DNA of 63,133 bases, filler included, from Octopus bimaculoides (lineage: Eukaryota), in assembly GCF_001194135.2 (NCBI RefSeq). It is 5 parts of 5 records of this genome, joined end to end, with 100 filler letters (N's around TTAATTAATTAA, not from the genome) between each part and the next. Parts side by side here need not be neighbours in the genome. Positions count along the whole stretch, not along the records: positions 1 to 24,226 come from NC_068981.1; positions 24,327 to 45,619 come from NC_068984.1; 3 more parts are not named here. One strand, written 5' to 3'. The notes beneath the pieces are model-generated. The model saw only the letters and a list, made by a program, of their open reading frames with translations, did no database searches and was not told where the DNA came from. Every line of letters begins with the position of its first letter. The first letter of the stretch is position 1. Of the stretch, positions 13,333 to 25,683 are shown piece by piece. Made by a program: the position numbers and the translations under genes.

Positions 13333-14069
13333 NNNNNNNNNNNNNNNNNNNNNNNNNNNNNNNNNNNNNNNNNNNNNNNNNNNNNNNNNNNNNNNNNNNN
13401 NNNNNNNNNNNNNNNNNNNNNNNNNNNNNNNNNNNNNNNNNNNNNNNNNNNNNNNNNNNNNNNNNNNNNNNNNNNNNNNNNNNNNNNNNNNNNNNNNNNN
13501 NNNNNNNNNNNNNNNNNNNNNNNNNNNNNNNNNNNNNNNNNNNNNNNNNNNNNNNNNNNNNNNNNNNNNNNNNNNNNNNNNNNNNNNNNNNNNNNNNNNN
13601 NNNNNNNNNNNNNNNNNNNNNNNNNNNNNNNNNNNNNNNNNNNNNNNNNNNNNNNNNNNNNNNNNNNNNNNNNNNNNNNNNNNNNNNNNNNNNNNNNNNN
13701 NNNNNNNNNNNNNNNNNNNNNNNNNNNNNNNNNNNNNNNNNNNNNNNNNNNNNNNNNNNNNNNNNNNNNNNNNNNNNNNNNNNNNNNNNNNNNNNNNNNN
13801 NNNNNNNNNNNNNNNNNNNNNNNNNNNNNNNNNNNNNNNNNNNNNNNNNNNNNNNNNNNNNNNNNNNNNNNNNNNNNNNNNNNNNNNNNNNNNNNNNNNN
13901 NNNNNNNNNNNNNNNNNNNNNNNNNNNNNNNNNNNNNNNNNNNNNNNNNNNNNNNNNNNNNNNNNNNNNNNNNNNNNNNNNNNNNNNNNNNNNNNNNNNN
14001 NNNNNNNNNNNNNNNNNNNNNNNNNNNNNNNNNNNNNNNNNNNNNNNNNNNNNNNNNNNNNNNNNNNNN
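13333..14069. other. Assembly gap (others at about 1264, 24227, 25684, 28885, 44729, 45620, 55864, 58812, 59880, 61797)
   Basis: Runs of N, mostly next to (TA)n or other microsatellites. Confidence 0.99.
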
Positions 14070-14329
14070 ATATATACATATACATATATATGTATATCCC
14101 TCTCTTTCACTCTCATTTATTATTGTCATCTATGCATTCATTTATCTAATTTTGTCACCTGAAAACTCTTGGTTATAGTTCTAGTCAAGAATTCCAATAC
14201 CCAATTCTATCTTATTATTATCATCCATATTCTCTCACACCAGCAGCCTGAGTTTTTGCTGTTTTATAGTCTGCTCGCCCTTCCCACCACCTGTACTGGA
14301 AGTGTCTATCCTCTGACCTCTATCGGGCA

Positions 14330-15190
14330 CGGGTGAATTTAGACCAATCTAAGGCTTTCAATAGGGTTGACCACGAGTATCTGGCGATGCCCTAGAGGAG
14401 ACTCTAGGCTTCAATAAAAAGCAGCTAGCCAGCCTGTTCGGAAGGACCTTTGGGACGAGATTTCTGGATAATTACCAGAAATCCTTGACATGGTTGTGCT
14501 ATCGATCGGCCTTACCGGTTCAGGAAAGGTTGTCAAGGCATGGTTACGACACCTCTCCCACGTGTCCGAGGTGCAGTGAAATGGTCACGCATTCCTTCGT
14601 ACACTGTGAGGAGTCGAGGGAGTTGATAGCCTATGCCGAACAGCTGATGTCGGATGCGGAAAGAGTACGGCTCTCGATTGAGTCCATGATAAAGATTGTA
14701 CCACCTTTCTCTTTCTCTAGAGAAAAGAAGGTAGTATTTCTCTGTGTAATAACCATACTGAAAGTCATGGTATGGAAGATGCGAGTGAAAGGGATTGCGA
14801 CAGGCCATTTCATCTCCAGACGTGGGCTGGTGGATTACTTCACCGCCCACCTTTCTAGCAAGATCCATCTGGAGAGGAGGAGACTGTCGCAAAGAGTGTT
14901 TGGAAAAAGATGGACGGAAGTAGTAAGAAAGATGAGAATGCAATGAGCTGTGCTTGCACGGTCGGTCCAGGCATAGAAGAACAGAAAGGATTACCAAAAG
15001 GAAATCAACAGGCGGGTTAGTTCACTAACCCGAACCCTGTAAATAGTGTGAATTTAACATGTAATTTTTAACTCATATCATTCGACATTCATATCCATAA
15101 ATTCATTCGTTTATAATCTTGTGTTAGAGTGTGTCTGATCCCTATAGTCTGTCCCCTCTATGTATCCTTTTTATAAGGAATAAAGAAAAT
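14330..15190 (+). mobile_element. L1/Tx1-clade LINE remnant, internally deleted (RT motif joined to C-terminal zinc-finger region and 3' UTR)
   Basis: NLDQSKAFNRVDHEYLA at about 14337-14388; ORF 14485-14946 with TCPRCSEMVTHSFVHC; AATAAA near 15179. Confidence 0.8.
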
Positions 15191-15319
15191 GCCTCTAACC
15201 TCTATTGGATGTCTCTCTCATGAACACCCCCAAAGGCCTAATATTCCCCCATCCCTACTTAGGGTTTATCTCCTATGTAATGTAGTAATTATGTAGCACA
15301 TAAAATGATGGTGTAGTGT

Positions 15320-16910
15320 ATGCAGGATGAAGGCTATTGTATGTTTATGAGTTCTGCCAAAGGCGAGCTTTCTTTTCAGGTACATGATGTTGTTGTCCCC
15401 CATCCCAGTGTTTCACGGGCCCACACCCTCAGGGTTGGCACACTTAATGTTGGTACACTGAAAGGTAGGTCTGGTGAGATTGTTGAGCTGCTTGAACAGA
15501 GAGGAAGTTCTGCTAGATTCCTCACAGACAAAGAACATAGGTATAAGATTTTCTGGGCAGGGAACACTGATGGGGTCGGGGGCCTGGGTATACTTCTTGT
15601 GGAGAAATGGGTGTTAATAAGGTAATCAAAGTAGTCAGAGTCTGTGATAGAATACTTAAGATTAGATTAGTGCTGCAACATGGATTAGTAACCATTATAT
15701 TGGCTTATGCCTCTCAGCTGGGGCTACCTGCTGAACAGAAAGATCGATTTTATGACACCCTCTTGCAGACAACCTTATCAACGAATGACAAGGACCTTCT
15801 CTTTGTGGCTGGTGACTTCAATGGGCGTGTTGGACAACATGCAGGGGGCTTCCATGGTGTATATGGAGGCTATAGTTTTGGTTCCCGCAATGAGGAGGGA
15901 ACCAGGCTGCTGGAGCTCTGCGACGCAAATGATTTTATGGTTTGTAATACTTACGACAGGAAACCTGCCAGCCACCTATTCACCTACCGATCTGGTGGAC
16001 ACACTAGTCAAATTGATTACATCCTCGCCAGGAAAGATGGCTACTTATAAGTGTCAAAACCTTCCCAGGTGAAGAATGTACCCCACAACATAGATTAGTA
16101 GTTAGCAACTTCAGGATCAGGTCTAAATGGATGCCCAGAAGACAGCCAGCATGGAGAAGAAGGGTCTAGAAGCTTAAGGATCCTATGAATGGACAGAGAT
16201 TCAGAGATGTATTACTCAAAGCTTTTGACAAAATAGAAGGGGGATATAGTATCATATAATGTGGAAGACAATTGGAGGTTTCTATGGGACAACCTATTGA
16301 GGGCTACTGACCAGATCTGTGGATGGTGCAAAATTCTCTCTTGACCCAAGGTAACATGGTGGTGGAACAATGTAGTTGACAGGGCCATTAGGAAAAAGAA
16401 ACAGGCATGGAAGGACTGGAAGAATGGTGGTAGCAGGGAATTGTATCAGATTGCCAGAAGGGAAGCTAGGAGACAGGTTTATTTTGCCAGAGGGGAAGCA
16501 GATAAGAAAAAAATTGCCAATGTTCTGCATTGTGAGGACCAAAGACTTGAAGGGTTTTGTGTTGCAAGACAGTGTGTGAGAGAAATGTGTCCACATAGAT
16601 GATGGCTCACTTGCATTTAATGAGTCTGCAAGGAGAGAGATGTGGTGACACCACTATGAAAGGTTGCTAAATGAAGAGAATGAATGGGAGAAAGAGGGTC
16701 TGCCGAATGTCAACCCAACAGAGGGACCAGCTATCTGAATTCACAGTACCTTGGTAGATATAGCAATTAAGAGTATGAAGACTGGGAAAGACCCACCCCC
16801 GCCCATCAGGAATCACCGCAGAGATGCTTAAAATATTTGGCAGTGTCAGCTATAGTCTAGTCACCCGTATAGTCAATCAAGTGATACATGAAGAAGTCAT
16901 ACCCAACGGC
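15320..16910 (+). mobile_element. RTE LINE 5' part: AP endonuclease, linker and start of RT (degenerate)
   Basis: LRVGTLNVGTLKG, VAGDFNGRVG, NEEGTRLLELC and SQIDYIL; 16610-16905 matches the RTE at 1545-1856. Confidence 0.92.
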
Positions 16911-17293
16911 TGTTGTTCGCGTGACAGTAGCATAGGAAAGTAGGTTATACATCATTAGATGTATACCTGACTTTCCTATATAAAATTAAAAATATAATGG
17001 AACGCTGAACTCCAGACTATCAACTTAAACAACATTTATTCAGGTGGTAAATATATACATCTTTAGCTCTTGTTTGTTGTTACAGCTTCTGTGTGTGTGA
17101 GTATTGTCGTTGGGACGTTGGTATGTAGATGTAAGCGAGCTGTCGAGCGTAAGTCCGAAAGATGGAGAGAGACAGCTAAACACGTCCATGCTCAATCGCT
17201 GGCCAGCAAGAAAGAGGCAGAAATGAAGCGGGAACGCTTGGTTGTTGAATTCCACGCATGCGTGAGACTACGCATGCGCACAGCGTTACTACA
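16911..17293 (-). mobile_element. Putative solo LTR truncating the RTE
   Basis: 383 bp with TGT...ACA ends (TGTTGT / TGTAGT), AATAAA on the minus strand near 17040, CpG-rich; no TSD found. Confidence 0.45.
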
Positions 17294-17418
17294 GTAGTAT
17301 TAGAGAGAGATATGGTAATGTTGCAGAGAAAAGAAATTGAGCTAATGAAAGCAAGAGAGTGTGGGACGAGATGGCTTCTACATTGGTTAATTCCATAGTT
17401 GTCATTCTGTGAAGTTAC

Positions 17419-17521
17419 CTCAGTCGAAACAGCATTTCGCTTGAGCCGGTCAGTCGCCTCTCTGTCAGTCATTCTCACTAACTGTGTTCTGACTTTACTT
17501 GCGGAGTTCTTGTTTTTATAA
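17419..17521 (-). CDS. Candidate internal exon, unknown product (YKNKNSASKVRTQLVRMTDREATDRLKRNAVSTE)
   Basis: Acceptor ctatctttctggctaattttggatAG, donor GAG|GTAACT; 103 nt, open, phase 2 to 0; no homolog recognised. Confidence 0.3.
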
Positions 17522-19706
17522 CTATCCAAAATTAGCCAGAAAGATAGACGTATTGTTGAGAACAATAGATTTCGTTGGAGGCCTGTGATATCTCTATTGT
17601 AGCTATTGGTGAAATAGAAGAGTCAAGTGGCGAAGACATTATTTTGCTTAGCTAAGGCATCTGGCAAATGTAACTGCTGTCACTCACAGAAAAAAAAAAA
17701 AAAACTATTGTTTTACCGTGAGAAAAGTGCTGTTGAACTATTAATTGAAATTTGGCCATCGAGGATCAATTCCACGCCATGCCTGCAAGATCCACTACAA
17801 GCATTTGTAATAAAAAGACTATCTCATTTTGCTTGTTGAATCTTTCATATTCCAATGCAGATGAATCCTCATCATTCAACAATGAGAATTTGATTCACTT
17901 AACTGAATAACCTGCTCCAGTATCAATTTATAAATAGCTAACTTTCCACGGATGCGTGTACCCTTTACATAAATTCCAGGTAGAATCAACGTGACAAGGT
18001 GTGACAGGGCATGTACTTTTGAATTATGGGGTACAAAACATCTGATGTGCTACTATACAGTTTCCGATCGTTCAGTTTCATCAACAAAATATGAACTGAC
18101 TTAAAACTAAAGAAGGCGACATCTGCGTAAGATGCCAGTGGGATCGAACCGTGGATATCGTAGTTGTGAGTGAACTTCTTACTTAGACTGCACTTTCAAT
18201 TTATAAAATACTTCATAATATAAATGATGGGCAAGAAATGTGTAGTTTAAAATTCGAGTTGTTTCCCTTGTTTTTTAATTTTTTTTTATTATTATTCAAT
18301 TGTTGAACCCGGAACAAACACAAGTTTCTTATTAAGTTATTGACAGGTGTCGTCTCAATTTGTTTCATGAACTTTCGTTCAGTTTGCTGCAATAATGAAC
18401 GAAATTTTAGTCAGAACCAATCGGAGTTTTTATAATGTTGGAGATACAGTTTACGGGTAAAGAAAAATTCTTTATAATTATTTTGTTATTTCTATTGTTG
18501 CGTTGTTGTTATTTAGGCCCACCTTCATCAACAGATTGATGATCAAAAATATTTCAGCCGTGGTCACCTCATCCCTTTTGACTGTCTAAGATTAATTAAT
18601 TACCAGGAAGTCTTTCTCGAATTTTTTTTTAAACAGTGCAGTGTAATTTGATTTGAAGTAAATTTGACTGTTATTACTAACAAGGCGTGGGACCATATAG
18701 AAGCTTTCGTTTCTATTGTTCTTTCTTTTCTTGTTTTTCTTTCTATAAACACTTGAGTTTCACAGTGAGGCTATTCCACTTCAGTTTCATTAGCGAAAGT
18801 AGTTATTTTAATGGTAACATAAATCTAAATAGAATTCGTCTAGCAAAGTAAATCAATCTATAATATTTGATCTTGTTGTTGCGTAGCCTTAGGTCAGTCC
18901 TGATCGACCAGTACTATGGTCAGACATTTCAACCTCTGCAAGAACTATTGGATTGAGATTTCTTAGTCTTGTTTACGTTCTTTAATACTTTTTATGTAGG
19001 ACAGAAATTTTTTTCTTCTTGATTCTGACTGAGCATTTGGAATTGAAAAACAAAACTCCGAAGATTGCTTTTGCGTTTTCAGGAGGGGTAACATAATAGA
19101 AAAGCTAGGACGGAATTAAAAACAAAAAAAAAACACCTTAAAAGGAATGTGTATTTCCCTTTTTTAAGACGATAGAGTGATTGAGCAAGATTTGGCTATA
19201 GTTTCTAGCAGGTAGAACGACCACTTTGGGACTTCTTCGTTAGGTCGTATTGATTTCAGTAGTGATGGTAGTCATAAGACAAGCACTTTGCTTCTTACTG
19301 TAAACAATGTCGCTCCATTTACGTTCTTAATGTTTACTAGAAGGAAAAAGTGGAAGAAAAAAAAGAAGACGTTCCCTCCCCACTTAAAAAAAAATTCATA
19401 AGTTTCTGATTCTCCTCTCCCAAAATTCCATGTTAGAGAGAGAGAGAGAGAGGGGGGCCTTTTAACTGTTATAAATGAACAACTGTAAATAGAAGCTAAC
19501 AGTTACTGTTGAACGAGAAAAGACTTTATCTAAATTATTTTCACTATTTGGATCAAAGAGATCGGAAGAGCTCATACAGAAGCCCTCCAAAACGATGGGA
19601 AGATGACCGTCAGAAAATTCAAGCTCAAATGGAAGAGCAAGGTGCAATCAAGGGAAGAATGGAAGTGTTTTCTAGCGATGTGTAGCATATCTGATAGTCT
19701 GGTTGA

Positions 19707-19772
19707 TAACCCTAAAACCCTAACCCTAACACCCTAGTGAAAATCGTGCAGGTGTTAATCTGAAAATTTACC
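19707..19772. mobile_element. Single arm of the telomere-like-repeat MITE family
   Basis: taaccctaaaaccctaaccctaacaccctagtgaaaatcgtgcaggtgttaatctgaaaatttacc matches the right arm at about 51780-51867. Confidence 0.8.
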
Positions 19773-20114
19773 TTATATTTTTATTAACTTGGTTTGCCAA
19801 CTGTCTGCAGGTGTATATATTTTACATAACTTCATTTCAAAGCTTTGTTTATTTAAGTTCCTCTTTTGTGCTGTTGGAAAATGTAACCCTTCAAATTACT
19901 TAGATAAGGATACAATATGATTTTCTCTGTTGTATATTAACAAACAGATTATTATCAAATATTATTTCCTCCTGTTCCCCATCATCGTCGTACTATATCC
20001 GTTTTGATCATATGCTGTCTTATAATGCATGATAAAATCCTATCCTGTATGGTACGGATCTTCCCACTTCTTGACTTTTCTCCTTCCTTCTGTCACAAGT
20101 ACCTTCCACTGTAT

Positions 20115-20512
20115 ACTCTTTTACTTGTTTCAGTCATTTGACTGTGGCCATGCTGGAGCACCACCTTTAGTCGAGCAAATCGACCCCAGGACTTATTCTT
20201 TGTAAGCCTAGTACTTATTCTATCGGTCTCTTTTTGCCTAACCTCTAAGTGTCGGGGACATAAACACACAAGCATCGGTTGTCAAGCAATGCTAGGGGGA
20301 CAAACACACGCAAACACACACACACAGATACATATATATATACATATATCCAACGGGCTTCTTTCAGTTTCTGTCTATCAAATCCACTCACAAGGCTTTG
20401 GTTGGCCCGAGGCTATAGTAGAAGACACCTGCCCAAGGTGCCACGCAGTGGGACTGAACCCAGAACCATGTGGTTGGTAAGCAAGCTACTTACCACACAG
20501 CCACTCCTGCGT
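20115..20512 (-). mobile_element. SINE family A, full length
   Basis: Head GCAGGAGTGGCTGTGTGGTAAG, CORE-like GGCACCTTGGGCAGGTG, central microsatellite, tail gactgaaacaagtaaaagag. Confidence 0.92.
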
Positions 20513-20592
20513 ACAAAACATTTTTACCTCATCAGTGCCATCCATCCACAGCATCAAATATCAGTGCAAGCACAGCTGCTATCCCTACATAC

Positions 20593-20750
20593 ATTGACTA
20601 ATGCTTTGAATCCTCCACTGTTCACTTGAATTCTGATTAGATACTTTCAACTGATCATACTCAACTAATTTTGATCCAGTCTCTGGATTTTCTACATTCA
20701 TTATCCATATCTTACTACCATCCAGCTTCACACATTTCCCTATGTATTGC
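20593..20750 (-). CDS. Candidate exon encoding a ricin-B/beta-trefoil-like (QxW) subrepeat
   Basis: Branch-like ttctaat plus ttttctccatgcaaAG acceptor (alternative AG at 20740-20741), donor CAAT|GTATGT. Peptide QYIGKCVKLDGSKIWIMNVENPETGSKLVEYDQLKVSNQNSSEQWRIQSISQ; non-repetitive sequence. Domain call by eye only. Confidence 0.42.
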
Positions 20751-21124
20751 CTTTGCATGGAGAAAATTCACATTAGAAGTATTAGCCTCACATATGGGTT
20801 GAGTAAGAATATATTTTTGATATTTTTTACAAGCCAATAAGAGTAGTAATGTATGTCATTCTTGTTGATCCTTCAATGATCACTACAATAAAATTGTTCA
20901 GTCTGCTGTGTTGATTAAAAAAAAAAAAAAAAAAAAATTTCAAGCTTTTGTAAGGAATAAAGCCAAATAAATATATACAGCAGTTTCTATATTTGAAAAA
21001 ATTTCAAAACTTGAGCCCTACAAAATCCTGTTTTGTGCCACTCAAAGCAGCAAAGTTGGTGTTTTCTTCTGAATCTTCATTATATGCAGCAATAATGTAT
21101 ACCAATGTAAGTAACTACAATGTG

Positions 21125-21500
21125 CAGGTGTGGCTGTGTAGTAAAAAATTTGCTTCCCAACCACATATATGGCCTTGGATTTAGTCTCAATGTGTGGCAC
21201 CTTGGGTGAATATCTTCTACTATAGACCCAGGCCAACCAAAGCCTTGTGAGTGGATTTGAAAGATGGAAACTGAAAGAAGCAGTGTCGTATATATGTGTG
21301 TGTGTATGCCTCCCACTACATGACAACAGTGTTGGTTTGTTTGTGTCCCTGTAACTTAGTGGGTTAGCATAAGAGACCAATAGATTAAGTACCAGATTTC
21401 AAAAAGTAAGTACTGCATTCAATTCATTCCGCTAAAAACCTTTAAGGTGGTGCCCCAGCATGACTGCAGTCCATTGGGTGAAACAAGTAAAAGATACAAG
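21125..21500 (+). mobile_element. SINE family A copy (diverged)
   Basis: gcaggtgtggctgtgtagtaa...ggcaccttggg...gaaactgaaagaagc...gaaacaagtaaaaga. Confidence 0.85.
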
Positions 21501-21705
21501 AAATGAATTAATCCAAATGCATCTTTCAGTTTCTGAGAAGCTTCCAGATGTTTTGATTAGAGAAACAACTAATTATCCATAATGAGTTGAAATGTTTCTG
21601 TTTTGAATCCTTTATAAGAAATTGTCATACTTGTGGTTTCACTTCTGTTCTCTTTAGACTTCTTGCTTGTAACTATTAATGTGTACAAGTGTGTCTGTGT
21701 GTGCA

Positions 21706-21734
<29 letters not shown>

Positions 21735-21744
<10 letters not shown>

Positions 21745-23160
21745 CCTTTAGGAAGCCAAACAAGAAGCTATCATACATTAACACAAATTCCTGTCATCCA
21801 GCCTATCCTCAAGCACAAAGATTTTTGATGCTGCCTGCCCATATTACAATGAGGCTTTGGCCACCAGCAGTTACACACCAGACCCTAACCCCTCCAAGAG
21901 AAAGTGCCACTGGAAAGTGTTGTAGTTCACACTACCCTTCTCTTTAAGTGTTAAAACCCAAGTAGGGAATATATTTCTTAGCTTAGTAGATAAGCACTTG
22001 CCCCATACAAATAGGCTCTACAAAATATTCAATAGGTATATCTTGAGAATTTCCTTTAATTGTGCACTCAGTGTAAAAAATATTTTAGTACGTAGGTCCA
22101 CACCTGAGACAGAAGCAGGATGCTCATGTAGGGGTGATGCAGCATGACCACTGAATGGCCACTGTAACATGGAGATGATCATATACAAGCCAGAGGTAAC
22201 AGCTGTAGGCCCAAATGGGTAACCAAATGCGTGAAAGTATATGAGAGCCCACTATAACAACCACAAGTCCTCCTTCAACATCCTGGAGGGACACAACGCC
22301 ACAACCCTAGCTAAGCATGTTTAGTCTTTGAAAGAAGGTGCCACTGAGTACAGCATAAAGTGGAAGATCCTAGAGAAATGTAAACTGTACTTCAATAGCA
22401 GCAGATTATGCCTGGCTGAGAAAAGAGCACCCAGCACCCAAGCATTTACCTGAATCAGAGAAGTGAAATTTTTAATCCTTGCCCACATGAAAGGAAGTAC
22501 ATCCTAGCATACCTGCATGCCCCATCATAACTATAATCACCAGTCCCACAACTTTGGCCTTCCACCAATATCTTGGAGCCTGGCAAAGAGTTTGATCAAA
22601 TCATACACTAATGCACCCACAAACATGCATGGTGGAACCTACCCAATTGACTGTTTTCCACTACCGCCAATATGAACTTCCACACATATTTTACCCTTAC
22701 ATACACTGCATGCACACATAAAAGCCCCATGTACTTAACCAATGCATAAAAGAAAGAAAACACACTAACGAACACAGATGTGTATGCCACACCCCCTGCA
22801 AAGGTTATACATATAGTACCACTACACAAATTCCATTTCCACAAGAACACCAACCTTAAAGACATACACATTTCCCACAAACTTTTCCAGAAAACTCTTA
22901 CTAACTTGCCACATAACCACCCTAGTGGTGAGGTTTTGGTACCGAGGACATAACTCTTAACTCAATCCCCTACTCATTTCGTTTCATTATCTTTTTTACA
23001 GCAACTACAAACTAGATATGTCTGTTCACCTCCAACAAAAGAGAACAGTCGCTATATTTCATTCCATATTGACTACCTCTGATGAGCACAGAGTTACATA
23101 ACCGGATTGTTACTTAATACTCTGTTGAATCCCTGGAGCAAAACTCATTGATCAGATCGG
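21735..23160 (+). mobile_element. Penelope-like element 3' part: RT C-terminus, GIY-YIG endonuclease remnant, 3' UTR/pseudo-LTR
   Basis: Frameshifted peptides YINTNSCHP, FDAACPYYNEAL, NHKSSF, NATTLAKHV, YSIKWKILEKC and LCLAEK typical of PLE GIY-YIG; CTGATGAG at 23079. Confidence 0.82.
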
Positions 23161-23478
23161 CCATAATGGATATATAATATTGTATACTTCAGATAATATA
23201 TATATATATATTTATGTATGTAAGCTGTATTTAAAATTAAAGTTTAATCAGGTGACTTTAAGGTGTAGTATCCAAACCTTGTCATAGGAATGTCCCTTGT
23301 AGTGTGCCTGCAAAACACCTTCACTGCTTGCAGCTACCAGGCATCATCTAGGGTAGTGCACTTGTGTTGCTGGATGTACATAAGGACTTCCTTGGTGTGC
23401 GTTGAGTGTATTCTAAATGATTAATTAATATGGAAGACACCGTATTAATCATTTAGCATATTTATTTATGTATGTATA

Positions 23479-23524
<46 letters not shown>

Positions 23525-23714
23525 TATATTTATGTATGTGTATATATATATATTTTATGTATATATATATATATATTTATGTATTTGTATATACATTTAA
23601 AATATAAGGATAAAATCTATATAAGATTTTTCAAGTAGCCAGTGTGAAAAACCAATTTAGGAAAAAATTAATACAAAGTAAATAATTTTTCTTTATTCTT
23701 TTTTTTTCTTCCTT

Positions 23715-24136
23715 TATTTGCTTCAGTCATTTGACTGCGACCATGCTGGAGCACTGCCTTTAGCTGAGCAAATCGACCCCAGCACTTACTCTTTGTAAGC
23801 CTAGTACTTATTCTTTCAGTCGCTTTTGACAAACCGCTAGGTTACGGGGATGTAAACACACCAGCATCGGTTACCAAGCGATGTGGGGACAAACACAGAT
23901 GCACAAACATATACATACCCATGCCAGCATGGAAAATGGACGTTAAACGATGATGATAATGATGATGATGATGATGATGATGGGCTTCTTTCAGTTTCCG
24001 TCTACCAAATCCACTCCCAAGGTTTTGGTCAGCCAGAGGCTAAAGTAGAAGACACTTGCCCAAGATACCATACAGTGGGATTGAACCCGTTTCCATGTGG
24101 TTGGTAAGCAACCTACTCACCAGACAGCCACTCCTG
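23715..24136 (-). mobile_element. SINE family A containing a 66-bp RTE 3'-tail insertion (23917-23982)
   Basis: The SINE blocks are collinear except for the inserted acccatgccagcatggaaaatggacgttaaac(gat)n, which matches the RTE 3' terminus at 7294-7332. Confidence 0.88.
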
Positions 24137-24162
24137 TACCAATAATAAATAATAAATGAATT

Positions 24163-24198
<36 letters not shown>

Positions 24199-24753
24199 TA
24201 CATATATATGTATATATATATATATANNNNNNNNNNNNNNNNNNNNNNNNNNNNNNNNNNNNNNNNNNNNTTAATTAATTAANNNNNNNNNNNNNNNNNN
24301 NNNNNNNNNNNNNNNNNNNNNNNNNNTATATATATATAAGTATATATATATATATTTACGAGTTGACCAATAGTGTATTAAATGAGAGAAAGGAAAGTAT
24401 ATAGAAGCTCGAACGGATTGTATCGGTAATTCAGATGATAAAATGTGTCACGCACTGCATGACGCTGATTCTGCCAAATAATATAGTTTAGTGCTCACGA
24501 GAGTGTGGGATACTGAAGCATGTAATTCATGCTCTTGTATTGCATTTACGTATGTTACTTTCTTGTACGTAAATATATGTATATATGGGTTTTGAATTTA
24601 TATCTTCATGTGACGTCTAGTTTGTCCTTTGTCTTTCATTCTATCCCTTTCCCTTTCGCTCTCTCTTCTCTTTCTCCATACCTCTAACACTGTCTTCCTT
24701 GCTGCTATCTGTTTCTTTACTGCCTTTCTCTCACTCCTACCCTCCCTTTTCTG

Positions 24754-24756
<3 letters not shown>

Positions 24757-24824
<68 letters not shown>
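24757..24824. repeat. (CT)n microsatellite
   Basis: Direct reading; similar (CT/GA)n tracts at about 31612, 32010-32092 and 33203. Confidence 0.95.
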
Positions 24825-24827
<3 letters not shown>

Positions 24828-25652
24828 CCTTTACAATTTTTCTCGCTCCTACCACTTACAGGTGACTCGTGGTCATCATCATTCCCCATTGCCATTTCTT
24901 TCACGTCGATCACTGAGGCGGCTGTTTGTGCTTCTTTGGTCTCCCACTTTCAGCACCCTTTCTTATTCCTCCTCTCTATGATTGTAATCCTTTAAGATAT
25001 TCCTCCTAGCGATAACCATATTTTCGCCTCCTGTCGGGTCCTAATACCTTATTCTGTTTAATAATCTTATATAGTTCGTAGTCCACATACCATCTTGTTT
25101 GTTTTCGTCCTTATCCTTTGCACCGCCACTTTTCATTTCGTGTTGAATATTATTTTGCTTATATATTGTATATTGCATATTTATTTCATAGTTGTATGTT
25201 CACATTCTGTCATGAATTTGGTGACCTTCTGTGTTTGCTTTCCATTTGTTTGTGCTTTTCTATATATATACTATATATATTATATGTTTTTAATTTATGT
25301 GTTAGTTCATTTGAAACTTTGTTATTTTCCTTTATATGTATCTGGTTAAGGAGTAATGACCGCTATTTATGGAAAAATATTATAAGCTCATTACATTAGC
25401 AAATCTTAGGGCGCAAACTATCCTTTGAGATGTATGATGCGCGTTGGACAATATAAAGGTATTGATATTAATATCTCCAGTGTATCAAGGACCAGTTGAT
25501 TTTCTAACATATTACTTCCTTTAGCAAAGCTAAGCAGGGTACATCATACAAGGGACAGACCGTGATTTTGGGGGGCAAGCTATAGTTTACCTTTACCTGC
25601 ATTACTCGCATTATATAGTGCATGAATGTATATATGTACGTATTCATGTGTG

Positions 25653-25683
<31 letters not shown>

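Noticed and set aside
13235-14162. Long ORFs spanning N gaps (also at 25.5k, 28.7k, 44.5k, 55.8k)
   Set aside because: Artifacts of translating N as X.
19490-19680. Protein-like frame ...RSPPKRWEDD... (and GRRKVKKWED near 20060)
   Set aside because: Resembles the C-terminal GRP..RW.D motif of LINE ORF2; decayed retroelement debris rather than a host gene.
24271-24282. TTAATTAATTAA island inside N runs (also 45664, 59924, 61841)
   Set aside because: Identical 44N-12bp-44N layout at four gaps; an artificial spacer giving stops in all six frames, not biology.
24860-24949. Possible minus-strand exon ending MAMGNDDDHESP|GTAAGT
   Set aside because: Only 30 open codons, no convincing acceptor, purine-rich low-complexity context, and phase incompatible with nearby candidates.
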